Made by a program: the position numbers and the translations under genes. The notes beneath the pieces were generated by a model. It saw nothing but the letters and a program-made list of their open reading frames with translations. It was not told where the DNA came from and searched no databases. This document shows positions 1 to 10,151 of a stretch of DNA of 64,000 nucleotides, one piece after another (position 1 is the stretch's first letter; each line of letters opens with the position of its first letter). The DNA comes from Planctomycetota bacterium (GTDB lineage: Bacteria > Planctomycetota > B15-G4 > JADJEK01), in contig JBGAIQ010000006.1 in the NCBI GenBank assembly GCA_044225365.1, positions 75,874 through 139,873 of the forward strand, in the 5' to 3' direction.

Positions 1-2259
1 TTGCCGAATCCGACGCCATCGCAGCTCGTCGCGACGGGTTTCAACCGGCTCAACATGGTCACGCGCGAAGGCGGTGCGCAGGAGAACGAGTACCTCGCGA
101 AGTACGCCGCGGACCGCGTCCGCACGGTCTCCACGACCTTCCTCGGCTCGACGATGGGTTGCTGCGAGTGTCACGACCACAAGTACGACCCGTTCACGAT
201 GAAGGACTTCTACAGCCTCGCCGCGTTCTTCGCGGACGTGAAGCAATGGGGCGTCTACACGACCTACGCCTACACGCCGAACCCCGACCTCGAGGGATTC
301 TCGAACGATCATCCGTTCCCGCCCGAGGCCAAGGTCGAAGTGCCTTTCCTGCAGCAGAAGATCGCCGAGGCCAAGGCACGGATCGACGAATCGACGGCGG
401 GAGCAGCGGACGATGGCGATGGCTTCGCCCGCTTCTGCGAAAGTGCGCGCGCCTTCCTCACGATCGAACCGGACGGGTTCGAGACGTGCAAGCCGGAGAT
501 CCTCGCGCCCGAAGGTTGCTCGCTTGGCGCCGACTCCAGAGTGATCTTCCCGACCGAGGCTCCACAAAAGTCACGGCTCGCTCTCTCGCCGAACGAGCGC
601 CGCGTCGCGGCCGTGAAGATCGAGATCGTTCGCGACGCGGCGCATCACGACGAACTGTTTCGCAAGAACGCCGACGGCGAGTTCCTGAGGATCGCCCTTC
701 AGCGACGCGCGGTCGACGAGGAGAAGCCGACGCCCGTTCCGATTCGTCGAGGCGAAGGTACCCCATTGCGTCCTCGCTACTCCAACGGCGACGAGATCCG
801 AGGCGTCACGGGCGGCTGGTGGGTGTTCGCGGCCGACGCAAAGGAGAAGACTCCGACCGCCACGTACTTGCTCGCGACGCCGATCGAACTTCTCGCCGGT
901 GAGTCTCTCGTCGTCGAGCTCGACGGAAATCTCGCGGGTGCGCTGCGAATCTCCACGTCGCCCTTCGCGACGCCGCTCTTTACCGCCGACCCTACCGATC
1001 CCGTCGAACGCGCTTCGTTCGAGCGCCTGCTCGCATCCGTTCGCTCGTCCGATCCCGTGTGCGATCCATTCGTGCGTGCGACGTATGCACGCAGCGACCC
1101 CAAAGCGAACGCCCACGATGCGGTCGTCGCTCTCGACGAGTCGATTCGCCGACTGGACGGTGGGATCGCGCCCACGGTGATCACGCAAGCACGCGAGCCA
1201 CGCATCACTCGAGTCCTGCCGCGGGGCAATTGGCAGAACGAGAGCGGCGAGGTCGTGCTGCCCGCAACGCCCCACTTCCTCCCCGGCGCGACGACGAAGG
1301 CGGATGGGAACCGACTGACGCGCCTCGATCTCGCCCGCTGGATCGTCGCGCCGGAGAATCCCCTCACCGCGCGCACGTTCGCGAATCGGCTGTGGAAGCA
1401 GTTCTTCGGCGTCGGTCTCTCGTCCGTCGTCGACGACCTCGGGCTCCAGGGCGAAGTGCCTTCCCATCCGCAGCTCCTCGACTGGCTCGCAGTCACGTTT
1501 CGCGAGGAACACTGGAGCGTGAAGTCGCTCGTGCGACACATCGTGCTGTCGTCGACCTATCGCCAGAGTTCGAACACGCGCGACGATCTGCGTGAGGTCG
1601 ATCCGCAGAATCGGTGGCTCGCGGCGCAGTCCCCGCGACGCCTCGATGCCGAGTTCGTGCGCGACAATGCACTCTGCATCTCCGGACTCCTGAATCTCGA
1701 TCGCGGCGGACCGCCCGTGAAGCCGTACCAACCGCAGAAGCTCTACGAGCACCTGCAATTCCCCGATCGCGACTACGCGCCCGATCAGGACGATCGGCAA
1801 TGGCGTCGCGGGGTGTACATGCATTGGCAGCGCACGTTCCTACATCCGATGCTCGCGAACTTCGACGCGCCGTCGCGCGAGGAGTGCACGGCCTCGCGCG
1901 TGGTCGCCAATACACCTCAGCAGGCGCTGACGCTGCTCAACGACCCCACGTTCGTCGAGGCGGCGCGATCGTTCGCCGTTCGCTTGTTGCTCGCCCATGG
2001 GAAGAGCGACGCCGATCGACTCGCACTCGCCTTTCACCTCGCGTTCGCGCGACCACCTTCGGCGGCCGAGTCCGATTCACTGCTCGCGTTCCTCGCGGCG
2101 CAGCGCGCGCGCATCCTCGCCGACGATTCGGGTGTCGACGCTCTGCTGCACGTCGGCATCGCGAAGTTTCCTAACGAAGTCGAGCGCAAAGAGCTTGCCG
2201 CATGGACGCTCCTCACTCGTGTCCTCCTGAACCTCCACGAATGCATCACTCGCTACTGA
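1..2259 (+). CDS. DUF1549/DUF1553 domain-containing protein (planctomycete-type PSD cytochrome-like protein); 5' end lies outside the window
   Basis: The ORF is open from base 1. It carries the signature CCECHDHKYDPFTMKDFY (C..CHDHK.DP) typical of DUF1549 and a DUF1553-like C-terminal region (NRLWKQFFGVGL). It is followed by the usual DUF1501 partner gene. The Arg-rich antisense ORF 571..1824 is rejected. Confidence 0.8.
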   Translation: MPNPTPSQLVATGFNRLNMVTREGGAQENEYLAKYAADRVRTVSTTFLGSTMGCCECHDHKYDPFTMKDFYSLAAFFADVKQWGVYTTYAYTPNPDLEGFSNDHPFPPEAKVEVPFLQQKIAEAKARIDESTAGAADDGDGFARFCESARAFLTIEPDGFETCKPEILAPEGCSLGADSRVIFPTEAPQKSRLALSPNERRVAAVKIEIVRDAAHHDELFRKNADGEFLRIALQRRAVDEEKPTPVPIRRGEGTPLRPRYSNGDEIRGVTGGWWVFAADAKEKTPTATYLLATPIELLAGESLVVELDGNLAGALRISTSPFATPLFTADPTDPVERASFERLLASVRSSDPVCDPFVRATYARSDPKANAHDAVVALDESIRRLDGGIAPTVITQAREPRITRVLPRGNWQNESGEVVLPATPHFLPGATTKADGNRLTRLDLARWIVAPENPLTARTFANRLWKQFFGVGLSSVVDDLGLQGEVPSHPQLLDWLAVTFREEHWSVKSLVRHIVLSSTYRQSSNTRDDLREVDPQNRWLAAQSPRRLDAEFVRDNALCISGLLNLDRGGPPVKPYQPQKLYEHLQFPDRDYAPDQDDRQWRRGVYMHWQRTFLHPMLANFDAPSREECTASRVVANTPQQALTLLNDPTFVEAARSFAVRLLLAHGKSDADRLALAFHLAFARPPSAAESDSLLAFLAAQRARILADDSGVDALLHVGIAKFPNEVERKELAAWTLLTRVLLNLHECITRY

Positions 2260-3650
2260 ACTCGTCGATGCACGGCACCATCGCTCGCCGCACGTTCCTG
2301 AAGGGATGTGGGACCGGCTACGCCGCGCTCCTCGCGTTGCTCTTCGATCGCGCCGCGAAAGGAGCGCTTCCTGCGGCGCACGATCGTCCGCGTGCGAAGC
2401 GCGTCATCCACCTGTGCATGGCGGGCGGACCCTCGCACCTCGAGAGCTTCGATTGGAAGCCGGAGCTGGCGCGCATCGCCGGGCAACCGTTTCCCGATTC
2501 GTTCACCAAGGGCCAGCAGCTCGCTCAGCTCCAGAACACGAAGCTCATCGCTCGCGGCCCGAGCGCGAAGTTCCGAAGGTACGGCGCGAGCGGCCTGTCG
2601 ATCTCCGAGTGGTTCCCGAATCTCGGCAGCATCGCGGACGATCTCTGCATCGTTCGTTCCATGAAGACCGAGCAGATCAATCACGATCCGGCGCATGCCT
2701 TCATGAACTCGGGATCGATCGTGAAGGGTCGCCCGAGCATGGGGTCGTGGCTGCTCTACGGCCTCGGCGCCGAGACGAGCGATCTACCCGGATTCATCGT
2801 GCTCACGTCGACGAGTCGCGCGGGCGGCGCGCAACCGATCTCCGCGCGACAATGGTCGTCCGGTTTCCTTCCGAGTCGATATCAGGGCGTGGCGCTGCGC
2901 AGCAAGGGCGATGCGGTTCACTACGTCTCGAATCCGCCCGGCATCGATGCCGCGACGCAGGACGCTTCGGTCGACGAGATCGTGAAGCTCGATGCGATGC
3001 TATCGAACGAACGTCACGACCCGGAGATCGAGACGCGCATCGCGCAATACGAGCTCGCATTCCGCATGCAGTCCTCGGTGCCCGAACTCACCGACATGAA
3101 GCAGGAGCCGGAGTCGATCCTCGATCTCTACGGAGTGAAGACTCCCGGCGATGGGACCTACGCTTCGAACTGCCTGCTCGCGCGAAGGCTCGCGGAGCGC
3201 GGCGTGCGCTTCATCCAGCTCTACCATCGCGCGTGGGATCATCACGACGATCTCGATCACGCGATGCCGATCGCGGCGAGCGACGTCGACAAGGCCACGT
3301 GCGGACTGATCACGGACTTGAAGCGCCGCGGCATGCTCGACGACACGCTCATCCTGTTCGGCGGGGAATTCGGACGAACTCCCATGGGACAAGGATCGGG
3401 TCGCGATCATCACATCCTCGGATTCTCGATGATGCTCGCGGGCGGCGGCGTGAAGGGTGGACACACCCACGGCGAGACCGACGAACTCGGCTACCGCGCC
3501 GTGAAGGACGTGGTCGACGTCCACGACCTCCACGCCACCATGCTCCATCTCTGCGGCATCGATCACCTGAAGCTGACCCATCGCTTCCAAGGCCGCGATT
3601 TCCGACTGACCGACGTGTCGGGCAAGGTCGTCGAAGCGATCCTGGCGTGA
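2241..3650 (+). CDS. DUF1501 domain-containing protein (sulfatase/alkaline-phosphatase-like, Tat-secreted)
   Basis: It has a twin-arginine signal (TIARRTFLKGCGTG) and the conserved MAGGPSHLESFD and GGEFGRTP motifs of DUF1501. The start could be 2241 or 2268. It overlaps the end of the upstream gene, which is the typical DUF1549/1553-DUF1501 pairing. Confidence 0.8.
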   Translation: MHHSLLNSSMHGTIARRTFLKGCGTGYAALLALLFDRAAKGALPAAHDRPRAKRVIHLCMAGGPSHLESFDWKPELARIAGQPFPDSFTKGQQLAQLQNTKLIARGPSAKFRRYGASGLSISEWFPNLGSIADDLCIVRSMKTEQINHDPAHAFMNSGSIVKGRPSMGSWLLYGLGAETSDLPGFIVLTSTSRAGGAQPISARQWSSGFLPSRYQGVALRSKGDAVHYVSNPPGIDAATQDASVDEIVKLDAMLSNERHDPEIETRIAQYELAFRMQSSVPELTDMKQEPESILDLYGVKTPGDGTYASNCLLARRLAERGVRFIQLYHRAWDHHDDLDHAMPIAASDVDKATCGLITDLKRRGMLDDTLILFGGEFGRTPMGQGSGRDHHILGFSMMLAGGGVKGGHTHGETDELGYRAVKDVVDVHDLHATMLHLCGIDHLKLTHRFQGRDFRLTDVSGKVVEAILA

Positions 3651-3656
3651 CGCCGC

Positions 3657-5627
3657 TCACTTCTTCACGTAGGGCTTGCGGTGGATCTCGACCTTCGTCG
3701 TGGTGCCGGCGGGCCCCGTAAGGATCGGTTCGAATCGGCGATCGGGATCGACGAGACGCGTGTTCGGCGGCAATCCCGTGAGAAGGAGTCTGCCCGCGGC
3801 ATCGGGTCGCCCCTGGAAGACCGAATACATGGCGGAATCGCCCCACGCTTCGGGAAGGAGCCCGATGGGCCGGGCGAAGGGTTCGCCGTGGACATCGAAC
3901 GCCGTCACATCGAGGGTCGCTCCCGTCGCGAGGGAAAGCTCAAGAGACGTGTCCCTCGTTGCGACGTCGACCGTGCCCTCGGCATACAGGGCTTCGCCCG
4001 CAGCGTCCTCCGGTTCGTCCGCGATCGCGACGAAGTGGTGATGTCCCTTCGGGAGGGAGAGCTCGCGAACGAGCGGCGATGTAGCGTCTACGGTCCCCTG
4101 GAACCGGCTCACCGCCGCGGTATCGCCGGCGCACACCATCACGCGAACCGACTGCGGCGCCTTCAGGCAGTCGCCGCGAATCGTCAGCGTCGTCGTGAGG
4201 ACGTCGACGAGCGAGACCACGATCTCGAGATCGTGCGGTTCGATCCGCACGGGCTTCGGCCAGCGCACGCGGAGTCCAGCATGCGGGGTCCATTCGCCCG
4301 ACTCGGAGAGATCCGGAAGGAGGCCGATCGTCGCATCGAGCGTCGGTACTCCATCGATGGTGAACGGCACTCCGAGGGGAACGTGCAGGACGAAGTTGAA
4401 GACTCCGGGCCCAGCCGTCACGGGGCCGTTGATCTGCAAGCCCATGCGGGGCGGTTCGAGTGCCTTTCGCGAAGGAGGCGAGAGGAACGCCGCGAGCGGA
4501 TCGACTTCGATCCCCTCGTGCTGCACGACGACCCTTGCCGCCACGCTGCCGCCCTCGCGTCGAGGCACGTCACCAAGATCCCGCACCTCGCTCTCGAGAA
4601 GATCACACCTCGCTTCGTAGGCGACGAACGATCGCGCGCCGTGCTCCGCGATCGCGAAGATCCGATATCGACCCGCGCGAACGCCCTCGAACGAGAACGA
4701 ACCGTCTCCGCTCTCCATCATCGCTTCGGGTTCGATGCTCCAGCGCACGTCCTTCGCTGGCGCTTCCTCGATGCGCAGCAGGTCGATGCGCACCGGATGC
4801 GCGAGCGCATGCGCGAGGAGGAGTCGGCCGTGGATCGCCGCCACCCCCGAAGATCCTCGCAAGCGGAGGATCCCGGTGTCGTCCGCCATCGTGAACGGAT
4901 CGGACGTTCCGTTCGACGCATTCGCGCCCTCGAACCGCACGCGGTGGCGAGACGTCACCTTCACGACGTAGTCGCCCGGTTCGAGCGAGAAGCGCGCAAC
5001 GCCGGTCGCATCCGTCTGCGCCATCGCGACCGCCGGGTCGGAGATCGCGAACTCGTGGAGGACACTCGTTCGCCGGCCGCCCTCGAAGACCGACTCGAAC
5101 CACGATTGGAACCACGAGGCGTCGACCGAGCGATCCTTGGCGTGCGCGGCGGCATCGTCGAGCAACGCCTTGGAATCATCGCGAATCGAGATTCGCATCC
5201 TTTCGATGAGGTCTGCCAACCACCACTTCAGGAACGCCGCACGATCGCTCGTCGACAGATCGACGAGCGATTCGAACGATCGCCCGTGCGCCGCGTGAAC
5301 CTCGAGCGCGACGTCGTGGATGCCGTCGCCGTTCGCCTTCTCGATCCGGACCTCGAGGTTCGGCGCGCGAACCGGCGCGGCTTCCGACTCGGGCGAGATC
5401 GGATCCTCCGTCCGTGGCCGCGTGTCCTCGGCGACGACGTGCTCGCGAATGAGCTGGGCCTCCGTCGCGACGACGTCGCCGTGACGACTCGACAAGTGCT
5501 TCTCGAAGTGCATCGGGGGATGCGAGAGCGATCGCAGCTCGAAGACGAGGAAGAGGAGAACGGCGAGCGCCGCTGGGATCAGCGACGCTCGCCCAATCGA
5601 TCGGGGAGAGATCGAAGCGCGAGTCAT
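3657..5627 (-). CDS. membrane-anchored protein with carboxypeptidase-regulatory-like (CarboxypepD_reg) beta-sandwich repeats
   Basis: The start is the ATG at 5627, giving MTRASISP followed by the hydrophobic anchor LIPAALAVLLFLVF. Motifs such as GVARFSLEPGDYVVKV and GSFSFEGVRAGRYRIF are typical of CarboxypepD_reg. The start overlaps the stop of the upstream gene by 4 bp (ATGA). The Arg-rich 131-codon N-extension of the 787-aa ORF is rejected. Confidence 0.6.
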   Translation of the reverse strand: MTRASISPRSIGRASLIPAALAVLLFLVFELRSLSHPPMHFEKHLSSRHGDVVATEAQLIREHVVAEDTRPRTEDPISPESEAAPVRAPNLEVRIEKANGDGIHDVALEVHAAHGRSFESLVDLSTSDRAAFLKWWLADLIERMRISIRDDSKALLDDAAAHAKDRSVDASWFQSWFESVFEGGRRTSVLHEFAISDPAVAMAQTDATGVARFSLEPGDYVVKVTSRHRVRFEGANASNGTSDPFTMADDTGILRLRGSSGVAAIHGRLLLAHALAHPVRIDLLRIEEAPAKDVRWSIEPEAMMESGDGSFSFEGVRAGRYRIFAIAEHGARSFVAYEARCDLLESEVRDLGDVPRREGGSVAARVVVQHEGIEVDPLAAFLSPPSRKALEPPRMGLQINGPVTAGPGVFNFVLHVPLGVPFTIDGVPTLDATIGLLPDLSESGEWTPHAGLRVRWPKPVRIEPHDLEIVVSLVDVLTTTLTIRGDCLKAPQSVRVMVCAGDTAAVSRFQGTVDATSPLVRELSLPKGHHHFVAIADEPEDAAGEALYAEGTVDVATRDTSLELSLATGATLDVTAFDVHGEPFARPIGLLPEAWGDSAMYSVFQGRPDAAGRLLLTGLPPNTRLVDPDRRFEPILTGPAGTTTKVEIHRKPYVKK

Positions 5628-6367
5628 GGACACACCGAGAACTCGAGCTTGTCGATCAGCGAGTACACGTGCCCCTGGGCGCCGATCTTCACCGCGGCCT
5701 GGATCCCGTAGAACTCGTCGGCCCACGCCTTGGCGATCGCGGTCGTCTTCACCACGTAGGCGAAGGTCACGACGGGGCAGAGCGTGCCGTGAATGTGGTC
5801 CTTCAACTTCTCGCGATACTCGCCGACGTGATTTCCGACGTCGATGGGAATGCTCCCGAGTCCCGTCTGCGGGTTCTCGATCGGGATCTGCGACCCGAGG
5901 CCGAGCGCTCCCTGCTTCGTCTCCCCCGCCGTCTTCGTGAGCACGAGCAGACTCTTGTCCACGAGCGAGCCGTCCTTGTAGACCGCAACGCTCTCGCTGC
6001 CGCCCGCGTAGCCCGCGCACTCGGCGTCCTGCAGATCCGCGAAGCCCTGGAGATCGAGGTCGAAGTGGTACTCGACCTCTCCGATCTCGTGACCCGGTGT
6101 CGGCACGTGTTGCCAGACTTCCATCTTCTTCCCCATCGCGTTCGAGCCCGCGAAGACTTCGTAAGGCGTGAGGAACGAGTCGACGGCGCCGCCGTTGTCA
6201 CTCATTCCATGGCCGTTCGCCCAGGTCTCGGCGAGCGCCATCGCGCGGTCCTTGCGATCGATCTTCGCGTCCTGATCCCCGAAGTCGATGTAGACCGCCT
6301 TCACCCAATCGGCGTGCGCACTCGACGCGACACCGAAACCGAGAAGACAGAGCACGAGCGCTTTCAT
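5624..6367 (-). CDS. secreted hypothetical protein
   Basis: It is 247 aa with a Sec signal peptide (MKALVLCLLGFGVASSAHA). It has no recognisable domain. Its stop is coupled (ATGA) to the downstream gene at 3657..5627. Confidence 0.6.
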   Translation of the reverse strand: MKALVLCLLGFGVASSAHADWVKAVYIDFGDQDAKIDRKDRAMALAETWANGHGMSDNGGAVDSFLTPYEVFAGSNAMGKKMEVWQHVPTPGHEIGEVEYHFDLDLQGFADLQDAECAGYAGGSESVAVYKDGSLVDKSLLVLTKTAGETKQGALGLGSQIPIENPQTGLGSIPIDVGNHVGEYREKLKDHIHGTLCPVVTFAYVVKTTAIAKAWADEFYGIQAAVKIGAQGHVYSLIDKLEFSVCP

Positions 6368-6493
6368 GGCATTTCCTTTCGCGTTCCATCGGACCCTTGC
6401 GACGCACCGTGCGCCGATCGGGTCCGCTTTCCGCGAGGAGAAATGCCGCTGTGCGGTGCTTATATCCGCGAAGCGTCGGATTCTTTTTGAAGG

Positions 6494-8266
6494 TCAGTCG
6501 AGGCCCGGCACCTGCGCTTCGCGTACCAAGGCGATCGCTCGCGCGATGGCTTCGTCGACGCTGAGGTTGCCCTTCTGATCCGCCGTCTTGCGCAGTGACC
6601 ACTCGACGACGCCCGTGCCGGCATCGCGACCCACGGTGATGCGAATCGGAATGCCGACGAGATCTCCGTCCTTGAACTTCACACCGGGCGAGACCTTCGG
6701 CCGATCGTCGACGAGCACGTCGACACCCGCCTTGGTGAGTTCGGATTCGATGCGATTCGCGAGTTCGTCCTGCACCTGTTCGCCCGGCTTGACGACGACG
6801 ACGAGCACGCTGTGCGGCGCGATCGGCAAGGGCCAGATCATGCCGTTGGCGTCGTTGTTCTGCTCGATCGCGGCCGCGGCGACGCGCGATACACCGATGC
6901 CATAACAGCCCATCCAGATGACCTGCGATTTGCCGTTCACGTCGAGGAAGCGCGCATTCATCGCCTCGGAGTACTTGGTTCCGAGTTGGAAGATGTGCCC
7001 GACCTCGATGCCGCGGACGATCTCGATCGCGTCTTCGCTGTCGAGCATCCTGTCGCCCGCCTGCACCAGTCCGAAGTCGTGCGTCTCCGGCTGTGGTAGA
7101 TCGCGTCCGAACCACACGTCGAGATAATGCGTGTCGGTCTCGTTGCCGCCGCACAGGAAGCCGTTCACGCCCTCCACCGATTTGTCGGCGAGGAGACGAA
7201 TGCCGGCGGCGAGGCCGATCGGCCCGGCGAAACCGGGCTCCGCGCCGGTCGCCGCGCGCACGAGCTTCTCGTCGGCCATCTCGATCGCGAGAGCGCCGAG
7301 GAAGTTCACGAGCTTGATCTCGTTGATCTCGCGGTCGCCGCGCGCCATCACCGCAACCGTTTCCTCACGACCATTCGGGTTCTTCTTGTCGGGCGCGTAG
7401 ACGGCCTTGTAGAGCACGGTCTTGAGCATCCGCTGGAGCGGCAACTCCGGGAACAGCTTGCATAGATCGTCGCAGCTCTTCGCTTTGGGCGTCGGCTCCT
7501 TGTGCATCGCGACCTGCTTGTCGCAGGCCGGCGGCGGCGGAATGCGGCTCGTCGCTTTCTCGAGATTCGCCGCGTACTCGCGCGCGCGGCAGATCGCGAT
7601 CGCGTCCTCGCCGGAGAGCGCGTCGACCATGAACTCCTCGCTCTTCGCGCCGCCGATCGAGCCCGAGTCGGCTTCGACCGGCGTGAAGCCGAGTCCGCAG
7701 CGCGTGAAGATCGAGCGGTAGACCTTCTTCATCACTTCGTAGGACGCCGCCATCGCCGTCGGATCGACGTCGAACGAATACGCGTCCTTCATGATGAACT
7801 CGCGCCCGCGCATCAGGCCGAAGCGCGGACGGATCTCGTCGCGGAACTTGGTTTGGATCTGATACAGCGTGACGGGGAGCTGCTTGTAGCTCTGCACGTT
7901 CTGCCGCACGTACGTGGTGATCACCTCTTCGTGCGTGGGGCCGAGGCACACTTCGGAACCCTTGCGATCGGCGAAGTGGAACAGGATCCCATCCTTCACG
8001 TAGCGCGCCCAGCGATGGCTCTCCTCCCAGATCTCGCGCGGCTGCAGCGCCGGCATGTGCAGCTCGACGCAGTTCGCCTTGTCGTGTTCCTGCCGCACGA
8101 TCGCGGAGATCCTTCGCAGAGTCCGCCACAGGAGCGGGCCGTAGACGTAGATGCCGGCCGCGAGCTTGTGGACGAGTCCGGCGCGCACGAACAGGGCGTG
8201 GGAGCGGACGTCGGCGTCCGCGGGTTCTTCTCGGAGCGTGGTGAAGAGGGTCTTGCTGAGTCGCAT
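6494..8266 (-). CDS. proS: proline--tRNA ligase (bacterial type with editing domain)
   Basis: It aligns by eye with E. coli ProRS along its length (LGPTHEEVIT, YQIQTKFRDEIRPRFGLMRGREFIMKDAYSF). The start is at MRLSKTLFTTLREEPADA. The 56 upstream codons of the ORF are Arg-rich and rejected. Confidence 0.92.
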   Translation of the reverse strand: MRLSKTLFTTLREEPADADVRSHALFVRAGLVHKLAAGIYVYGPLLWRTLRRISAIVRQEHDKANCVELHMPALQPREIWEESHRWARYVKDGILFHFADRKGSEVCLGPTHEEVITTYVRQNVQSYKQLPVTLYQIQTKFRDEIRPRFGLMRGREFIMKDAYSFDVDPTAMAASYEVMKKVYRSIFTRCGLGFTPVEADSGSIGGAKSEEFMVDALSGEDAIAICRAREYAANLEKATSRIPPPPACDKQVAMHKEPTPKAKSCDDLCKLFPELPLQRMLKTVLYKAVYAPDKKNPNGREETVAVMARGDREINEIKLVNFLGALAIEMADEKLVRAATGAEPGFAGPIGLAAGIRLLADKSVEGVNGFLCGGNETDTHYLDVWFGRDLPQPETHDFGLVQAGDRMLDSEDAIEIVRGIEVGHIFQLGTKYSEAMNARFLDVNGKSQVIWMGCYGIGVSRVAAAAIEQNNDANGMIWPLPIAPHSVLVVVVKPGEQVQDELANRIESELTKAGVDVLVDDRPKVSPGVKFKDGDLVGIPIRITVGRDAGTGVVEWSLRKTADQKGNLSVDEAIARAIALVREAQVPGLD

Positions 8267-8461
8267 GACGCCAGAAATACCAGAAGCGGTCGCGCTTCGC
8301 GAACGGTCACCGACGAAGCCTTGGAAGACGGCACGAAGCAAACGACCCCCGGATCTTTCTCCACTTCCTCGAAGAATCCCGCCCGGACGCATCCGCCATT
8401 CACGTGAGTGCCCAGGACGACAACCTCCTCGCACGATCCCGGATCGCCACGGAACCGATCG

Positions 8462-9409
8462 ATGAATACTCCTTTGCCCTCTCTGAACGAACCTTCCTCG
8501 ACCGACGAAGCGCGACCGCCGGAATCGATGGCCGCCGACGCACCCGACTCCGCGGGACGAACGAAAGCGGCGCGCCGCGTGGCGTTCTTCATCCTCTCCG
8601 CCCTCTACCTCATTGCGATCTCCGCGCTCCCCGCGGGCGCGGCCGCCACCCTGGCACTACTTGCGCAGCGCGGCGGGGCGCGCTTCCTCGCCATCGCGAT
8701 CGCGCCCGTCGTGTACGTCCTCGGCTTTGGGGTCGTCGCGGGACTGTTGTCGCGCTTTCATCAGCATGCGATCGTGCGCGGCAAGTTCCGCCGCGACGTC
8801 GGAGACCCGATCTACTTCCACCGGCGGTTGTACGGGCTGTGCTGGACGACGGTGACGTACACCGTATTCGTCTACGCCGCGTGGTTGGCATTGCCCTATA
8901 CGAAGCGGCTCCTCTTCCGGATGTTCGGGATGCCAGGGCCGCTCGCCTTCACGAGCTACCCGGACACTTGGGTGCGCGACCTCCCGTTGCTTCATCTCGG
9001 ACGCGGCGCCTACTTGTCGAACAAGGCCACGCTCGGGACCAACATGTGCCTCGCGGGGAACACCATCGTGATCGAACCGATCACGATCGGCGCCGACGCG
9101 ATCGTGGGACATCTCGCGGTTCTCGCGCCGGGCGGAAGGATCGACGATCACGCAGAGATTGGAGCTGCCGCCGTCATCGGCCTTGGTGTACGCGTGGGAA
9201 AACACGCCGGAATCGGCCCCCTCGTCGTTCTCGACCACGGCTCGCGGGTTGGAGACGGAACTCGGATTGGGAATCGTAGCTACATCGGTGTCGGCGCCTC
9301 GATCGGTCCCGATATCTCCATTCCGCCGGCCTCGATCATTCCGGCGCGCACGAGATTGCGCACCCAAGCGGATGTCGACCGCTTTCTGGCGCGGCCCGTT
9401 CAAACCTAG
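8462..9409 (+). CDS. integral membrane protein with a C-terminal left-handed beta-helix (hexapeptide-repeat, acyltransferase-like) domain
   Basis: The N-terminus has about 4 hydrophobic helices (FFILSALYLIAISALPAGAAATLALL, FLAIAIAPVVYVLGFGVVAGLL, TVFVYAAWLALPY). These are followed by hexapeptide-like repeats (ITIGADAIVGHLAVLAPGGRIDDHAEIGAAAVIGLGVRVG...). It is divergent from proS. The start is uncertain (8408/8462/8528). Confidence 0.55.
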   Translation: MNTPLPSLNEPSSTDEARPPESMAADAPDSAGRTKAARRVAFFILSALYLIAISALPAGAAATLALLAQRGGARFLAIAIAPVVYVLGFGVVAGLLSRFHQHAIVRGKFRRDVGDPIYFHRRLYGLCWTTVTYTVFVYAAWLALPYTKRLLFRMFGMPGPLAFTSYPDTWVRDLPLLHLGRGAYLSNKATLGTNMCLAGNTIVIEPITIGADAIVGHLAVLAPGGRIDDHAEIGAAAVIGLGVRVGKHAGIGPLVVLDHGSRVGDGTRIGNRSYIGVGASIGPDISIPPASIIPARTRLRTQADVDRFLARPVQT

Positions 9410-9518
9410 TGTCGCGAAACCAGCCTGCCGGGGATCGAGTTTCCCTTCGACCTCACGACGGCCTACCATCGAGCCCGACATTCGCGAGCGTGCGGTCTTC
9501 AACGCGAGGACGGATTCG

Positions 9519-10151
9519 ATGGTCGACCTTGCTTCGCAATTCGGCGGCATCGACATCTACGTCTTCGATCAGTTGTTGCGCGGACGCATCGCGCCTGGCC
9601 ACAAGGTCCTCGACGCGGGATGCGGCCCAGGTCGCAATCTCCACTATCTGCTGAAGGCGGGTTTCGAGGTCTTCGCGATCGACGGCAACAATGAGGCGAT
9701 CCTCGCGGTGCGCGCGATGGCCGCGCGACTCGCCCCCGACTTGCCGACGACGAACTTTCGCATGGAGTCCGTCGATGCGATGTCGTTCGAAGACGGGAGC
9801 TTCGATGTCGTCGTATGCAATGCCGTACTGCACTTCGCGCGCGACCCCTCCCACTTCGAGGCGATGCTCCGCGAATGCTGGCGCGTGTTGAAGCCGGGTG
9901 GCATGTTCTTCACCCGCCTCGCCTCGTCGATCGGCATGCAGCAAAGAATGAAGCCGCTGGGCGACGGTCGCTACTCCCTGCCCGACGGGAGCGATCGCTT
10001 CCTCGTGGACGCGGCGATGCTCGATCGCTTCGAGCGAGCGCTCGGCGCGACGCGACTCGACCCACTGAAGACCACTCTCGTCGAGGAACTGCGATGCATG
10101 ACGACCTGGGTGCTCCGCAAGGACCTCCGCAAGAACGAAGGCGGCGCATGA
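9519..10151 (+). CDS. class I SAM-dependent methyltransferase
   Basis: Motif I is VLDAGCGPGRNLHYL and motif II/III is DVVVCNAVLHF...LKPGGMFF. Its stop TGA overlaps the ATGATG start of the next gene. Confidence 0.8.
   Translation: MVDLASQFGGIDIYVFDQLLRGRIAPGHKVLDAGCGPGRNLHYLLKAGFEVFAIDGNNEAILAVRAMAARLAPDLPTTNFRMESVDAMSFEDGSFDVVVCNAVLHFARDPSHFEAMLRECWRVLKPGGMFFTRLASSIGMQQRMKPLGDGRYSLPDGSDRFLVDAAMLDRFERALGATRLDPLKTTLVEELRCMTTWVLRKDLRKNEGGA

Noticed and set aside
2306-3721. 471-aa alternative-frame ORF overlapping the DUF1501 gene
   Set aside because: It is Arg/Ser-rich with no motifs. The DUF1501 frame has a Tat signal and conserved family motifs.
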